From the NCBI GenBank assembly GCA_964472305.1, contig CAYYJR010000011.1:547-64546 (forward strand): DNA of 64,000 bases, written 5' to 3'. Source of the stretch: an uncultured bacterium. GTDB lineage: Bacteria; Armatimonadota; Hebobacteria; CAIYQO01. The position numbers and the translations under genes are program-made. This document shows, one piece after another, positions 10,068 to 19,094 of this stretch. The notes beneath the pieces were generated by a model. It worked only from the letters and a program-made list of their open reading frames with translations. It did not search any database and was not told the DNA's origin. The first letter of the stretch is position 1. Every line of letters starts with the position of its first letter.

Positions 10068-11234
10068 TTAGAACTTGGTTGCAAGGCCGATGGCAAACTG
10101 ATCCAGGTCGGGTGTATTCGTGCCGCCGTTAGTGGCATTACGCGTATACTCGGCTTTGAGGTCGGTCAACGGGGTGAGATGGAATCCCGCGCCGAGGGAG
10201 AACCGGGAGTATCGATTCACCGCCAACGTGCTGTCGACCAGTGTCGCCGTTTGCCCATCATTCAACTGCACCGTGCTATAGCGCGAGGCGAAATACAATC
10301 GGCCGGTGGCATTGATGAGTCCTTCGGCATACCAGTAGCTTGCCGTACGGTCAGTCGCGCCGGTGAAATTGTCATTGGCCTGGCCATAGGCAGTTGCGAG
10401 CTGGAATCGCGAAAGATTCGCTCCACTGGGAATGAGCGACTTGATGCCGGTGGTCCCGTAATTCCAGCGCGCGTCCACTTCCCACAGCGTACGATGCCAG
10501 CTGGTGACGCCGGCGGGAACGGCTTGCAGGTTGGCGACTTTTAACGCCGGAGCGATCACTGCGCCACCGAACTTGATATTCTCGCCGGAATCGTAACCGC
10601 TGACGGACAGGTAGACATTTTTATACGGGGCAATGCCGATTTTAGCTCCGGTCGCCAGTCCGTTGTTGGCTGAACCCACGCCACCGGTACCGTTCAGCAC
10701 ACTCAGCGAATAACTCGCCGGCATGCCGACCGGCAGGGAACCGCGGAAATTGATCCCGCCGTCATAGCCGCCTACTGCCGATGCTGAATTGGTGATGAGG
10801 ATGCCTTCCACCGGGTTGTCGGTCCAGGTTTCCTCGCCGATATCTACCTTGACTTTGCCCATTCGCATCGTGTGTCCCGGCAGCGCGCCTCCCCAGTTAT
10901 TCAAGTCCAGATAGAAGTAATCGAATCCGTTGCCGGTCGCCTTGTTGTTGCTGAAGCGATTGATGATGGTGAAGTCCTTGCGAGGCGTGAAAGTGAAGCG
11001 AAGCTTGGCATCCGGGATATCCAGTGCGCGATTGGCGTAGGCGCCATTCGCGTCGGAGTCAATGATGCCCATAAACAGGCGACCGTCGATCTTGAGGATC
11101 GAGCCATTACTGGCGGTCTGTACGGTCGGTGGGACGGCAGGCGGTATGATCGTCGTCGGCGCGTCTGCGGCAAACGCGTCCAGCGTGCCGGCGAAGATCA
11201 GTGCCAGTCCCAATGCCATTGCGGTTGTGTTCAC
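10068..11234 (-). CDS. Outer-membrane beta-barrel porin, probably phosphate-selective (OprO/OprP-like)
   Basis: Signal peptide (MALGLALIFAGTLDAFAADA), alternating beta-strand pattern, C-terminal ...AIGLATKF ending in Phe. Located between phoR and pstS with Pho-box-like repeats upstream. Start GTG (11234) or ATG (11219) behind RBS AGGAGG. Confidence 0.6.
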   Translation of the reverse strand: MNTTAMALGLALIFAGTLDAFAADAPTTIIPPAVPPTVQTASNGSILKIDGRLFMGIIDSDANGAYANRALDIPDAKLRFTFTPRKDFTIINRFSNNKATGNGFDYFYLDLNNWGGALPGHTMRMGKVKVDIGEETWTDNPVEGILITNSASAVGGYDGGINFRGSLPVGMPASYSLSVLNGTGGVGSANNGLATGAKIGIAPYKNVYLSVSGYDSGENIKFGGAVIAPALKVANLQAVPAGVTSWHRTLWEVDARWNYGTTGIKSLIPSGANLSRFQLATAYGQANDNFTGATDRTASYWYAEGLINATGRLYFASRYSTVQLNDGQTATLVDSTLAVNRYSRFSLGAGFHLTPLTDLKAEYTRNATNGGTNTPDLDQFAIGLATKF

Positions 11235-11328
11235 TGTAGTTATTCCTCCTGTTGTTCTGCGTTGCTGGCATGTCGGGGACGAAGTCGCCACGGGTCGTCC
11301 CACGGGCTGCCAGCATTTAGCTTACGGG

Positions 11329-11361
11329 GAGGTTATGAGCGGCGTGTTAGCGCAATGTGAG
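11329..11361 (-). promoter_or_regulatory. Candidate Pho box upstream of the porin gene (three 11-bp-phased repeats CTCACAT / CTAACAC / CTCATAA on the gene strand)
   Basis: On the gene strand: CTCACATtgcg CTAACACgccg CTCATAAcctc, about 95 nt upstream of the start. 7+4 periodicity as in enterobacterial CTGTCAT-type Pho boxes. Confidence 0.35.
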
Positions 11362-11475
11362 AGTTTGGTGGGGGGACACAATTAGCGGAGCTATTCGTGA
11401 GTAGTCGAAAATAACTCCATGTGGTGCGTATCCCATGGTGAGAATCATCGATGCCGGCGGGGAGAGTTCCTGTTG

Positions 11476-13269
11476 TTACTTCTCGTCGTGTTGCCCAGCG
11501 AGATGCGGCAGATACAGGGTGAAAAGACTGCCGTGGCCTACGGTGCTTTCCACGGTGACGTGGCCACCGTGCGCCTGGGCGATGTGTTTGACGATGGCCA
11601 GTCCCAAGCCGGTGCCGCCGAGTTTGCGGCTGCGGCCTTTATCCACGCGATAAAAGCGTTCGAAGAGGCGCGGCAGGTGCTCGGTAGGGATGCCGCTGCC
11701 GTGGTCGCGCACGCTGATCACGGCGTTGTCGTCGATGCGGGTGGCCGTCAGCTCGATGCGGCTGTGCGGTTCGCTGTATTTCAGAGCGTTGTCGAGCAGG
11801 TTGACCAGTGCCTGTTCGAGCAAGGCCGGGTTAACCCGCGCGCGCAACTCATCGGGACATTCCAGCGTGATGGTGATTTCTTTCGCCCCTGCCTTGAGTT
11901 CGCACGCCTGCACGGCGTTTTGTAAGATCACCGTCATTGCGCAATCGTCCAGGCGCAGCACGGCGGTTTCCGCCTCCTGTTCGATGCGCGACAGGCTGAG
12001 CAGGTCCTCGATAATCGCCTCCAGGCGATCAGCGTGGCGGGCGATGATCTGCAGGAAATGTTCCGCGTCGTCCGGCTGCCGCAGCGCTCCATCCTGCAGC
12101 GTCTCCACGAAGCCTTTGATCGAGGTGATGGGCGTCTTTAACTCGTGAGAAACGTTGGCGACGAAGTCACGGCGGATGCGCTCAAGCCGCCGCAGCCGCG
12201 TAATGTCGGTGAGCACCACCACGGCGCCCATGCGTCGGGCGGCTTCATCGTAGAGCGGTGTGCCGTGCACTTGCATGATGCGCTCATCGTCGCGCCGCAG
12301 GATCATCTCCGCTTCCAGCGGCTCGCGGCTGGCCAGCACCATGGCGACGAAGCGCTGTAGTTCGGTGTGGCGGATCACCTCCTGTAAACTGCGTCCCGCG
12401 GCCTGCTCGGCGTCAATCCCCACTAACTGCGCCGCCGCCTGGTTCAGCTTGAACACCTGCTCGTTGGAATCGACGGCAAATACCCCTTCCGACATGCCGG
12501 CCAGCACGGCGTCCTGCTCGTTGCGCTGCCGGGTGATGGCGCGGATGCGCTCATCCAGCCGGACGGCCATCTGGTTCATCGCCTCTGCCAACTTGCCGAT
12601 CTCCTCCGAATCCGGGATAGGCAGCGGGGTATCCAGTTCGCCGCGCGCGAAGCGTTGCGCGCCACGTTTCAGTGCTTCCAGTGGGCGGCTGATGCGGCGG
12701 GAAATGAGCAGGCTGGCGCCCGCGGCCAGCACCGCTACGATGAGCCAGCCGGCGATCAGCGAGTGGCGCATGGTGCGCAGCGCTTGTTCAACCGCGGTGA
12801 GCGGCACCGCGGCACGCACGATGCCGATGATCCCGCGCGTGCCGTGCGTTGGCACCGCGACATACATCATTTTCTCGCCCAGCGTGCGACTGAAACGAAT
12901 CGCCTGTCCGGTGCCCCCGCGCAACGCCTCTCGTACTTCCGGGCGGTCGGCATGGTTCTCCATCTGCGCGGGTTGTTCCTCGGAATCGCCGATCACACGG
13001 CCATCCGGCAGGATAATGGTGATGCGCGTCCGGCTGTCGCGGCCCGTGTGTTTGCACGTCGCATCCACCAGGGGGTATTGCCGGTTGCGCAGGGCGGGAT
13101 CGATGACGTGCGCGGCCAGTCGCGCACGCGCGGCCAGGTCGATTTCCTGCTGTTCCAGGAAGAATTGGTGGAAGAAATACGAGGCTGCCCAGCCCAGCGC
13201 CAGCAGCGAGAACAGCGTGATGAGCAGGAATGGCGAAAACAGTTGCCAGAGCAATCGCACACGGCGCAT
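11476..13269 (-). CDS. phoR: Phosphate regulon sensor histidine kinase PhoR
   Basis: N-terminal TM segments, HAMP, a PAS-like region, HisKA (RRDFVANVSHELKTPITSIKGF) and HATPase_c (N-box LVNLLDNALKYS, G-boxes DHGSGIP and GGTGLGLAIVKH). Its stop abuts the phoB stop/start region. Confidence 0.85.
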   Translation of the reverse strand: MRRVRLLWQLFSPFLLITLFSLLALGWAASYFFHQFFLEQQEIDLAARARLAAHVIDPALRNRQYPLVDATCKHTGRDSRTRITIILPDGRVIGDSEEQPAQMENHADRPEVREALRGGTGQAIRFSRTLGEKMMYVAVPTHGTRGIIGIVRAAVPLTAVEQALRTMRHSLIAGWLIVAVLAAGASLLISRRISRPLEALKRGAQRFARGELDTPLPIPDSEEIGKLAEAMNQMAVRLDERIRAITRQRNEQDAVLAGMSEGVFAVDSNEQVFKLNQAAAQLVGIDAEQAAGRSLQEVIRHTELQRFVAMVLASREPLEAEMILRRDDERIMQVHGTPLYDEAARRMGAVVVLTDITRLRRLERIRRDFVANVSHELKTPITSIKGFVETLQDGALRQPDDAEHFLQIIARHADRLEAIIEDLLSLSRIEQEAETAVLRLDDCAMTVILQNAVQACELKAGAKEITITLECPDELRARVNPALLEQALVNLLDNALKYSEPHSRIELTATRIDDNAVISVRDHGSGIPTEHLPRLFERFYRVDKGRSRKLGGTGLGLAIVKHIAQAHGGHVTVESTVGHGSLFTLYLPHLAGQHDEK

Positions 13270-13271
13270 GC

Positions 13272-13958
13272 CTACTCCTTAAACCGGTAGCCGACACCGC
13301 GCACCGTCTCGATACAGCAGCCCGCAGGGCCCAGTTTCTTGCGCAGGCCGGAAATCTGCACGTCCACCGCGCGTTCGGTAACCGCATACTCTTCCCCGCG
13401 CACACTGTCGACAATCTGGTAGCGGGTATATACCCAGCCGGGCCGCCGCGCGAGCAGGTGCAGCACGCTGAACTCGGTGAAGGTCAGATCGAGCGGATGT
13501 CCCGCGAGCAGCACTTCCCGGCGATGCGGATCGATAGTCAACTCGCGCAGCGTCAGCACGGCATCCAATCCGGCGGGCGCCGTCTCGCGGCGGCGCAACA
13601 CCGCGCGCACGCGCGCCACCAGCACCTTGGGACTGAACGGTTTGGGAATATAATCGTCGGCCCCCAGTTCCAACCCGGCGACGATATCGGACTCTTCGCC
13701 TTTGGCGGTCAGCATGACGATAGGAATATGTCGCGTGCCCTCATCCTGCTTGAACTGTCGGCAGACCTCTAATCCGTCGATGCCGGGCAACATCAGGTCG
13801 AGGAGAATCAGATCGGGTCGTACCGTGCGCGCCGCCGTCAATCCCTCTTCCCCGCTTAGCCGGCAGGTCACCTGATACCCCTCCCGGGTGAAGTTGTAAT
13901 GCACCAGTTCGGTAATATCTTCGTCGTCCTCGATTACCAGCAGATGGTGGCGTACCAT
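13272..13958 (-). CDS. phoB: Phosphate regulon response regulator PhoB (OmpR family)
   Basis: Receiver domain (LLVIEDDEDITELV...DLILLDLMLPGIDGLEV...KPF) plus winged-helix OmpR C-terminus (RREVLLAGHPLDLTFTEFSVLHLLARRPGWVYTRYQI...VDVQISGLRKKL). Start at M46 behind RBS GAGGAG. The upstream extension in the ORF track is unlikely to be translated. Confidence 0.85.
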   Translation of the reverse strand: MVRHHLLVIEDDEDITELVHYNFTREGYQVTCRLSGEEGLTAARTVRPDLILLDLMLPGIDGLEVCRQFKQDEGTRHIPIVMLTAKGEESDIVAGLELGADDYIPKPFSPKVLVARVRAVLRRRETAPAGLDAVLTLRELTIDPHRREVLLAGHPLDLTFTEFSVLHLLARRPGWVYTRYQIVDSVRGEEYAVTERAVDVQISGLRKKLGPAGCCIETVRGVGYRFKE

Positions 13959-14629
13959 CGATTGCTCCTCATCGCTAACATCGTTGTCTGATGCTAACGG
14001 GGGATTGTTAGGAAAAGATGAGTGACAGCAGTGAGTATAACAACGGTGATGAGAATGCGCAATGTCGCGGGAGGTGGTCGTTCCCGGTGACACTCCAGAC
14101 GGTCAACCGCCGGGCATGTCTCTCCCAAGGTGCTGTTTCTCCGGCACATCAAGCATACAGGACAGCGTGCCTTGAGTAGCCGGGCGGGTGTCTTCGACGA
14201 TGGGGTAATCGTCCAGCGTCTTGATGGGATGTTCCAGCAGTTTCGATCCCAGCACGACGGCTTTGTGGGTGGCGGTCAACGTTCTTACCCAATCCCCGCG
14301 TCCGCAACGGCGCCAGGTCGAATCTCGGTGGAATGATGCCGGTGTTAGTAGATGGTGCACGGCGTGCGCGCCGGCGCCTCGCCGAGCAGCGCGGCCATGA
14401 TGTCGTTACGCATGCCGTGTTATTCCCTGATGGTGCCGTTTGCTCCTGCCGCTGGTTAGATATCTTCTTGATCCACCGGCGGTTGTCGCCATTGTCGCCG
14501 GGGTCTGTCGGATTGCCGTTCCGTGGTGTCGCACGCCGTGGACAAATTTGGCCCCATCCGCGTTGTCCCGACTGAGCGCGGGGGTATGGCATGTTGGTAC
14601 TCCCCGTCGGGAGAAAGGAGGGAGTTCGG

Positions 14630-15376
14630 ATGAGAGGACTTCGCATGGTGTTGCTCACGGTGCTGACAGTCGGCACGCTGGTGCTGGCTATCACCGTGCT
14701 GCAAATCCGCGCGCAACAGACGCCCACCTCTGTGACGTCGCAAACCGTACTGCTGAATGGTGTGGAAGCCGGACAAGTGCTGGTCAGCCAATCGCCGGTA
14801 TTTACCTTCACCGCTCCGGCCGGCGGTTACACGCCCGCGCAGCGCGCGGCGGTGGTGGCGTCGCGGTTGATACAACTGATGAACCAGGGTTACAACTGGC
14901 AGAATCTTGCCGTCGGACGCATGAACGGCCAGGTGGTGCTGCTGATGGGCAATAATTTGTTGACCACCGTGGATCGCGCGGAGGCACGCGCCAACCGCAC
15001 GACACCGCTGGCACTGGCCTACACCTGGCGCGATCGCACGATTGCCGCGCTGGGCGGAAGCACACCGATCGCCGGCGTCGGCACACCCACCGTGGTAGCG
15101 GGCACGGCGGAAAGCTGGCCGGCATGGACGAATCCGGCAACGAAAATCGTGCCGATCTTCAGCCTGGGCACTCCGGGTTTGCGCGTGGGCTTCGCGCAGG
15201 TGACCGGTCCGGCCGAACGCATTAACGATGTGCGTTCGGTGATCCAGATTGACGCCGTGTTCCAACGCGCGGCACGCGCGCGTGTGCTGGTGCCGTCATC
15301 GGAGTTGACCGGACTGAATCGCGTACAAGGCACGGCCGTCACGGCATTGCTGCAATATGGTCTGGTGCGGTTCTGA
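14630..15376 (+). CDS. Secreted/membrane-anchored hypothetical protein, paralog A
   Basis: RBS GGAGGGAG, then MRGLRMVLLTVLTVGTLVLAITVLQ (signal/anchor). The C-terminal region KIVPIFSLGTPGLRVGFAQVTGP is paralogous to the next gene. No recognisable catalytic motif. Confidence 0.5.
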   Translation: MRGLRMVLLTVLTVGTLVLAITVLQIRAQQTPTSVTSQTVLLNGVEAGQVLVSQSPVFTFTAPAGGYTPAQRAAVVASRLIQLMNQGYNWQNLAVGRMNGQVVLLMGNNLLTTVDRAEARANRTTPLALAYTWRDRTIAALGGSTPIAGVGTPTVVAGTAESWPAWTNPATKIVPIFSLGTPGLRVGFAQVTGPAERINDVRSVIQIDAVFQRAARARVLVPSSELTGLNRVQGTAVTALLQYGLVRF

Positions 15377-15388
15377 AGGAGGATCATT

Positions 15389-15844
15389 ATGAGAACGGGA
15401 CGACGTTTTGCGTTGATTGCCGGCATCACGACCGCGCTGTTGCTGGGCGGCACCGTGAGCGGATACCTGGTGCGGCCGGCATACGCGCTGGACCTGGGGG
15501 ATGTGTTGAAAGTCGGCGGGATTATCCTGGTCGTCAGCACGTTCGGCGGGCAAATCAACAGCTTCATCAATAATACGCTGCGCCAGAATGAAGTCGCGGC
15601 AATGGGCGCCTCGAAGGTGGTGCCGATCTTCTCGGTGGGGCGCGGCGCCTATGTGGGCGCGGCACAGGTAGTGGGCTTGCCCGCGAATGTGCGCACCGTC
15701 CAGGGTGTTGGCGCGGTGGAGGTGACCCTCGGCGGGCTGGGTGGCACCGCGCTGGTGCCCATCAGCACGCGCCGGCCCGGCGGCAGCACGTTGAGCCGCG
15801 TCGGTGGCGTAGGAATCTCGGCGGTCATCGATTTTCATATCTGA
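15389..15844 (+). CDS. Small secreted hypothetical protein, paralog B
   Basis: RBS GAAGGAGG. Signal peptide RRFALIAGITTALLLGGTVSGYLVRPAYA. Shares the block KVVPIFSVGRGAYVGAAQVVGLP with paralog A. Gly-rich C-terminus. Confidence 0.5.
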   Translation: MRTGRRFALIAGITTALLLGGTVSGYLVRPAYALDLGDVLKVGGIILVVSTFGGQINSFINNTLRQNEVAAMGASKVVPIFSVGRGAYVGAAQVVGLPANVRTVQGVGAVEVTLGGLGGTALVPISTRRPGGSTLSRVGGVGISAVIDFHI

Positions 15845-15914
15845 TGTCCGCCGTTGGGGGGCGTGGAATCTCGATTGCCGCGCCCCTTCGGTTTTCTTAA
15901 AAGGAGTGATGTTG

Positions 15915-16364
15915 ATGCACACTTTATATCGCAGCCCTGGCATCTCCTTGACCGGCATGTTGCTCGGTATGACCCTATTCGTCTTTGCGCTCACTGCCTC
16001 ACCGACGCACGGGCAGTGCGCCCCTACGCCGCCGGCGGCGCCGCCGATGGCGGAGGTGACGATGACCGATGACCGGTATACGCCGGTGGAACTGGTGGTG
16101 CCTGCCGGCGCCACGGTGCGCTGGAGCAATTTCGGTCAACACCCGCATACCGTCACCACCGATACCGCAAACGCCGCCACGGGCGGTCCGGATTCCGGGC
16201 AGGTTTTTCCCAACGGCGTTCCCCCCAATGCCGCAGTCGTGTGGACGGTGCCGGTGAATGCCGCCTCCGGCACGCGCTGGTACTACCACTGTGTCTTTCA
16301 CGGCGGCGCCGGCGACGGCAAGAGCCTCGGTCCAGGCATGAGCGGAGTGATCGTGGTGCAATAG
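15915..16364 (+). CDS. Type-1 (blue) copper protein, plastocyanin/azurin-like cupredoxin
   Basis: Signal peptide (LLGMTLFVFALTASPTHG). Copper ligands are in canonical order: H (GQHPHTV), then C-x2-H (YYHCVFHGG), then M (GPGMSG). Start taken 8 nt after RBS AAGGAG; the GTG/ATG codons at 15906/15909 are alternatives. Confidence 0.65.
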   Translation: MHTLYRSPGISLTGMLLGMTLFVFALTASPTHGQCAPTPPAAPPMAEVTMTDDRYTPVELVVPAGATVRWSNFGQHPHTVTTDTANAATGGPDSGQVFPNGVPPNAAVVWTVPVNAASGTRWYYHCVFHGGAGDGKSLGPGMSGVIVVQ

Positions 16365-16440
16365 ATAGCATTGTGCTATGCTGATCATGCATGACCCCTC
16401 CCCGTATTATTTCGTGACATGGAACTGCTGGAGAGGGGTC

Positions 16441-16510
16441 GGCATGTTTTTTATATGCCGATAAACGCCATAACCTATATAATATTATATATTATGATAA
16501 ACAAATTCAT
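16441..16510. promoter_or_regulatory. AT-rich island (promoter region) upstream of topA
   Basis: ttttttatatgccgataaacgccataacctatataatattatatattatgataaacaaattcatt is about 75% AT in a 62% GC genome and contains TATAAT-like hexamers. It lies 150-220 nt upstream of the topA start. Confidence 0.4.
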
Positions 16511-16665
16511 TGCCCGCAGGTAAGAGCGGTATTCGGTTGGCGTTGTCTTTTGGATGCAACGGCTTGTCCGGCGGTTTGAATTGGCGCGGCAAATGGGAAT
16601 CCCTTGCGCGAAGGCATGAAAGCGTGTACCATTGGCGCCGACGTGGCAGGAGGGTATGGATACTC

Positions 16666-18963
16666 GTGGCAAAAAAATCTCTCATTATCGTAGAGTCTCC
16701 CGCAAAGACGCGGACCATCAAAAATTATTTGGGCGACGACTTTGAAGTCATGGCCTCGATGGGGCATGTTCGCGATTTGCCGGAACACGATCTGGGTGTG
16801 GATGTCGCGCATCACTTCGTACCGGAATACGTGACCATCAAAGAGAAGGCTGAGATTCTCGGCAAACTGCGTAAGGCCTCGCAACGCGCGGATACCGTCT
16901 ATCTGGCAACGGACCCGGATCGCGAAGGCGAAGCGATTGCCTGGCATCTGCGCGAGGCGCTGGATTTGGGCGACGTCGAGCGCATTGAGTTCAACGAGAT
17001 TACCAAAACCGCCATCACCAACGCGCTGTCCCATCCCCGCCATATCGATATGCAGCGCGTGAACGCGCAACAGGCGCGCCGCGTGCTCGACCGGCTGGTC
17101 GGGTATCAGCTTAGCCCGCTGCTGTGGCGCAAGGTGCGCCGCGGGCTGTCGGCTGGGCGCGTGCAATCGGTGGCGGTGAAACTGGTGTGCGACCGCGAAC
17201 GCGAGATTACGGCGTTTGTGTCCGAAGAATACTGGACGATCATCGCCGACCTGGCGGTGTCGAGTCACCGGGAACAGACTTTTTCCGCGAAGCTGATCGA
17301 GCATGCTGGCGCGAAGATCAAGTTGGCCAACGAGGAGCAGGCGCGGGAAGCGGAACGCGCGTTGCACGACGCGGCCTACCGTATCGCCACGGTGAAGCAA
17401 TCCCAGCAGCAGCGCTCGCCGCAGCCGCCGTTCATCACCAGCACCCTGCAGCAGGAAGCCTTCCGCTCTCATGGTTTCGGCGCCAAACGCACCATGGCGC
17501 TGGCGCAGCAGCTTTACGAGGGGTTGGACCTGGGCAGCGAAGGCCACGTGGGACTCATCACCTACATGCGTACCGACTCCACCCGCGTTTCCACGGAAGC
17601 GCAGGTGCAGGCGGTGAAATATATCGAAGCGAAATACGGCAAGGAATACCTGCCCGGCAAGGAGCGCAAGATCAAGGCGGTGAAGGGCGCGCAGGAAGCG
17701 CATGAAGCTATTCGACCCACCGACGTCAACCGCACGCCGGAGGAGTTGGCCAGCCGGCTCACTCCGGAACAGCTCAAGCTGTACCGGCTGATCTGGCGGC
17801 GTTTCCTGGCCAGCCAGATGGCGAACGCGGTACTCGACGTGATGGTGGTAGACGTACTCGCGGGCGACTATAAACTGCGCGCGAACGGCCAGCGGGTGAA
17901 ATTCCCCGGCTACCTGTCGCTCTCGCCTGATCGCCAGGAATCGGAATTCCTGCCGCCAGTGAAAGTGAACGATGCGCTCGACCTGCACAAGCTGCATACC
18001 GAGCAGCACTTCACCCAGCCACCCGCGCGTTATACCGAAGCGACGCTGGTGAAGGCGTTGGAGTCGCGCGGCATCGGCCGCCCCTCCACCTACGCGCCCA
18101 TTATCAGCACCATCCTCGACCGGCGCTACGTCTTTCTGGAAGAGAAGAAGTTTCATCCCACCGGATTGGGCATGGTGGTGACCGAGCAGTTGGAGAAGCA
18201 TTTCCCCAACATCATCAATCCCGACTTCACCGCGCGGGTGGAAGGCGATCTCGACTCCATTGAGTCCGGCTCGGAAACGTGGGAAGACGTGCTGGGGAAG
18301 TTTTACGGCCCCTTTGAAAAGGCGCTGGGCGAGGCGACCGAGACGATGCAGCGCATCAAGGTGCCGGAAGTCGAACTTGAGCATACCTGTCCGCAATGTG
18401 GCAAGACGCTGGTGCTGCGCGAAGGGCGCTTCGGACGCTTCGTGGCCTGCACCGGCTTCCCCGAGTGCCAGTTCACCGCGCAGGAAGAGCAATTCCTGCA
18501 GAAGGAAGAGAACAGCGAAGCGACGGCGGAAGGCATCGAGGAACAGCCGCAGGTAATCTGCGACAAGTGCGGGGCACCGATGATCGTGCGCCGTAGCAGG
18601 CGTGGCTCGTTCCTGGGATGCAGCCGTTATCCGGACTGCAACGAAATCAAGCAGATGCCGGGCGAAGAAGGCACGGCGCAGAAGAAGGAACCCGCACCGC
18701 TGACCACCGAAAAATGCGATAAATGCGGCAAGCCGATGGCGCTACGCTCGAGTCGCCGCGGGAAATTTCTCGGTTGCAGCGGTTTTCCGCGCTGCCGCAA
18801 CCTGAAACAGATTCCGACTGACGGGGTGGAGATCATCACTGCTGACGGCAATCATGAACGCGTGGATGCCCCGGTCCGCGCGCAGGTAGAGACTACCGAG
18901 GGCGAAACCGCCACCAAGCCGACAAAGCCGAAGCGCCGGACGGCGAAGACGCGCGCGAAGTAG
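16666..18963 (+). CDS. topA: DNA topoisomerase I with C-terminal zinc-ribbon repeats
   Basis: Toprim N-terminus (KKSLIIVESPAKTRTIKNYLG), DxDxEGE (ATDPDREGEAIAWHL), and catalytic Tyr region (GLITYMRTDS). Three to four C4 zinc ribbons (CPQCGKT...CTGFPEC; CDKCGAP...CSRYPDC; CDKCGKP...CSGFPRC) and a Lys-rich tail. GTG start 10 nt after AGGAGG; the upstream part of the ORF is untranslated leader. Confidence 0.9.
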   Translation: MAKKSLIIVESPAKTRTIKNYLGDDFEVMASMGHVRDLPEHDLGVDVAHHFVPEYVTIKEKAEILGKLRKASQRADTVYLATDPDREGEAIAWHLREALDLGDVERIEFNEITKTAITNALSHPRHIDMQRVNAQQARRVLDRLVGYQLSPLLWRKVRRGLSAGRVQSVAVKLVCDREREITAFVSEEYWTIIADLAVSSHREQTFSAKLIEHAGAKIKLANEEQAREAERALHDAAYRIATVKQSQQQRSPQPPFITSTLQQEAFRSHGFGAKRTMALAQQLYEGLDLGSEGHVGLITYMRTDSTRVSTEAQVQAVKYIEAKYGKEYLPGKERKIKAVKGAQEAHEAIRPTDVNRTPEELASRLTPEQLKLYRLIWRRFLASQMANAVLDVMVVDVLAGDYKLRANGQRVKFPGYLSLSPDRQESEFLPPVKVNDALDLHKLHTEQHFTQPPARYTEATLVKALESRGIGRPSTYAPIISTILDRRYVFLEEKKFHPTGLGMVVTEQLEKHFPNIINPDFTARVEGDLDSIESGSETWEDVLGKFYGPFEKALGEATETMQRIKVPEVELEHTCPQCGKTLVLREGRFGRFVACTGFPECQFTAQEEQFLQKEENSEATAEGIEEQPQVICDKCGAPMIVRRSRRGSFLGCSRYPDCNEIKQMPGEEGTAQKKEPAPLTTEKCDKCGKPMALRSSRRGKFLGCSGFPRCRNLKQIPTDGVEIITADGNHERVDAPVRAQVETTEGETATKPTKPKRRTAKTRAK

Positions 18964-19094
18964 TGTTCAGGTTCGGTCGCCACCGCACCGCCTTTACCCC
19001 GTTGTCACTTCATCAGTGACAGTTGCTGCTCTGTCCGGCAGGAACCCCGCCACTGTTGCGTAATTGGTAAGGCAGCGTCCATGGTGGAGCAGAT

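Noticed and set aside
13959-14093. 45-aa N-terminal extension of phoB
   Set aside because: No RBS and Cys/His-rich junk sequence. The receiver domain begins at the internal Met preceded by GAGGAG.
16365-16440. Possible terminator hairpin GACCCCTC...GAGGGGTC + T6 after the cupredoxin gene
   Set aside because: The 31-nt loop is too large for a confident intrinsic terminator call. It may still function, so it is left unannotated.
16507-18492. 661-aa ORF on the minus strand antisense to topA
   Set aside because: It lies entirely within the well-supported topA CDS on the opposite strand. The protein is Arg/Ala/Gly-rich and low-complexity, typical of spurious antisense ORFs in high-GC DNA.
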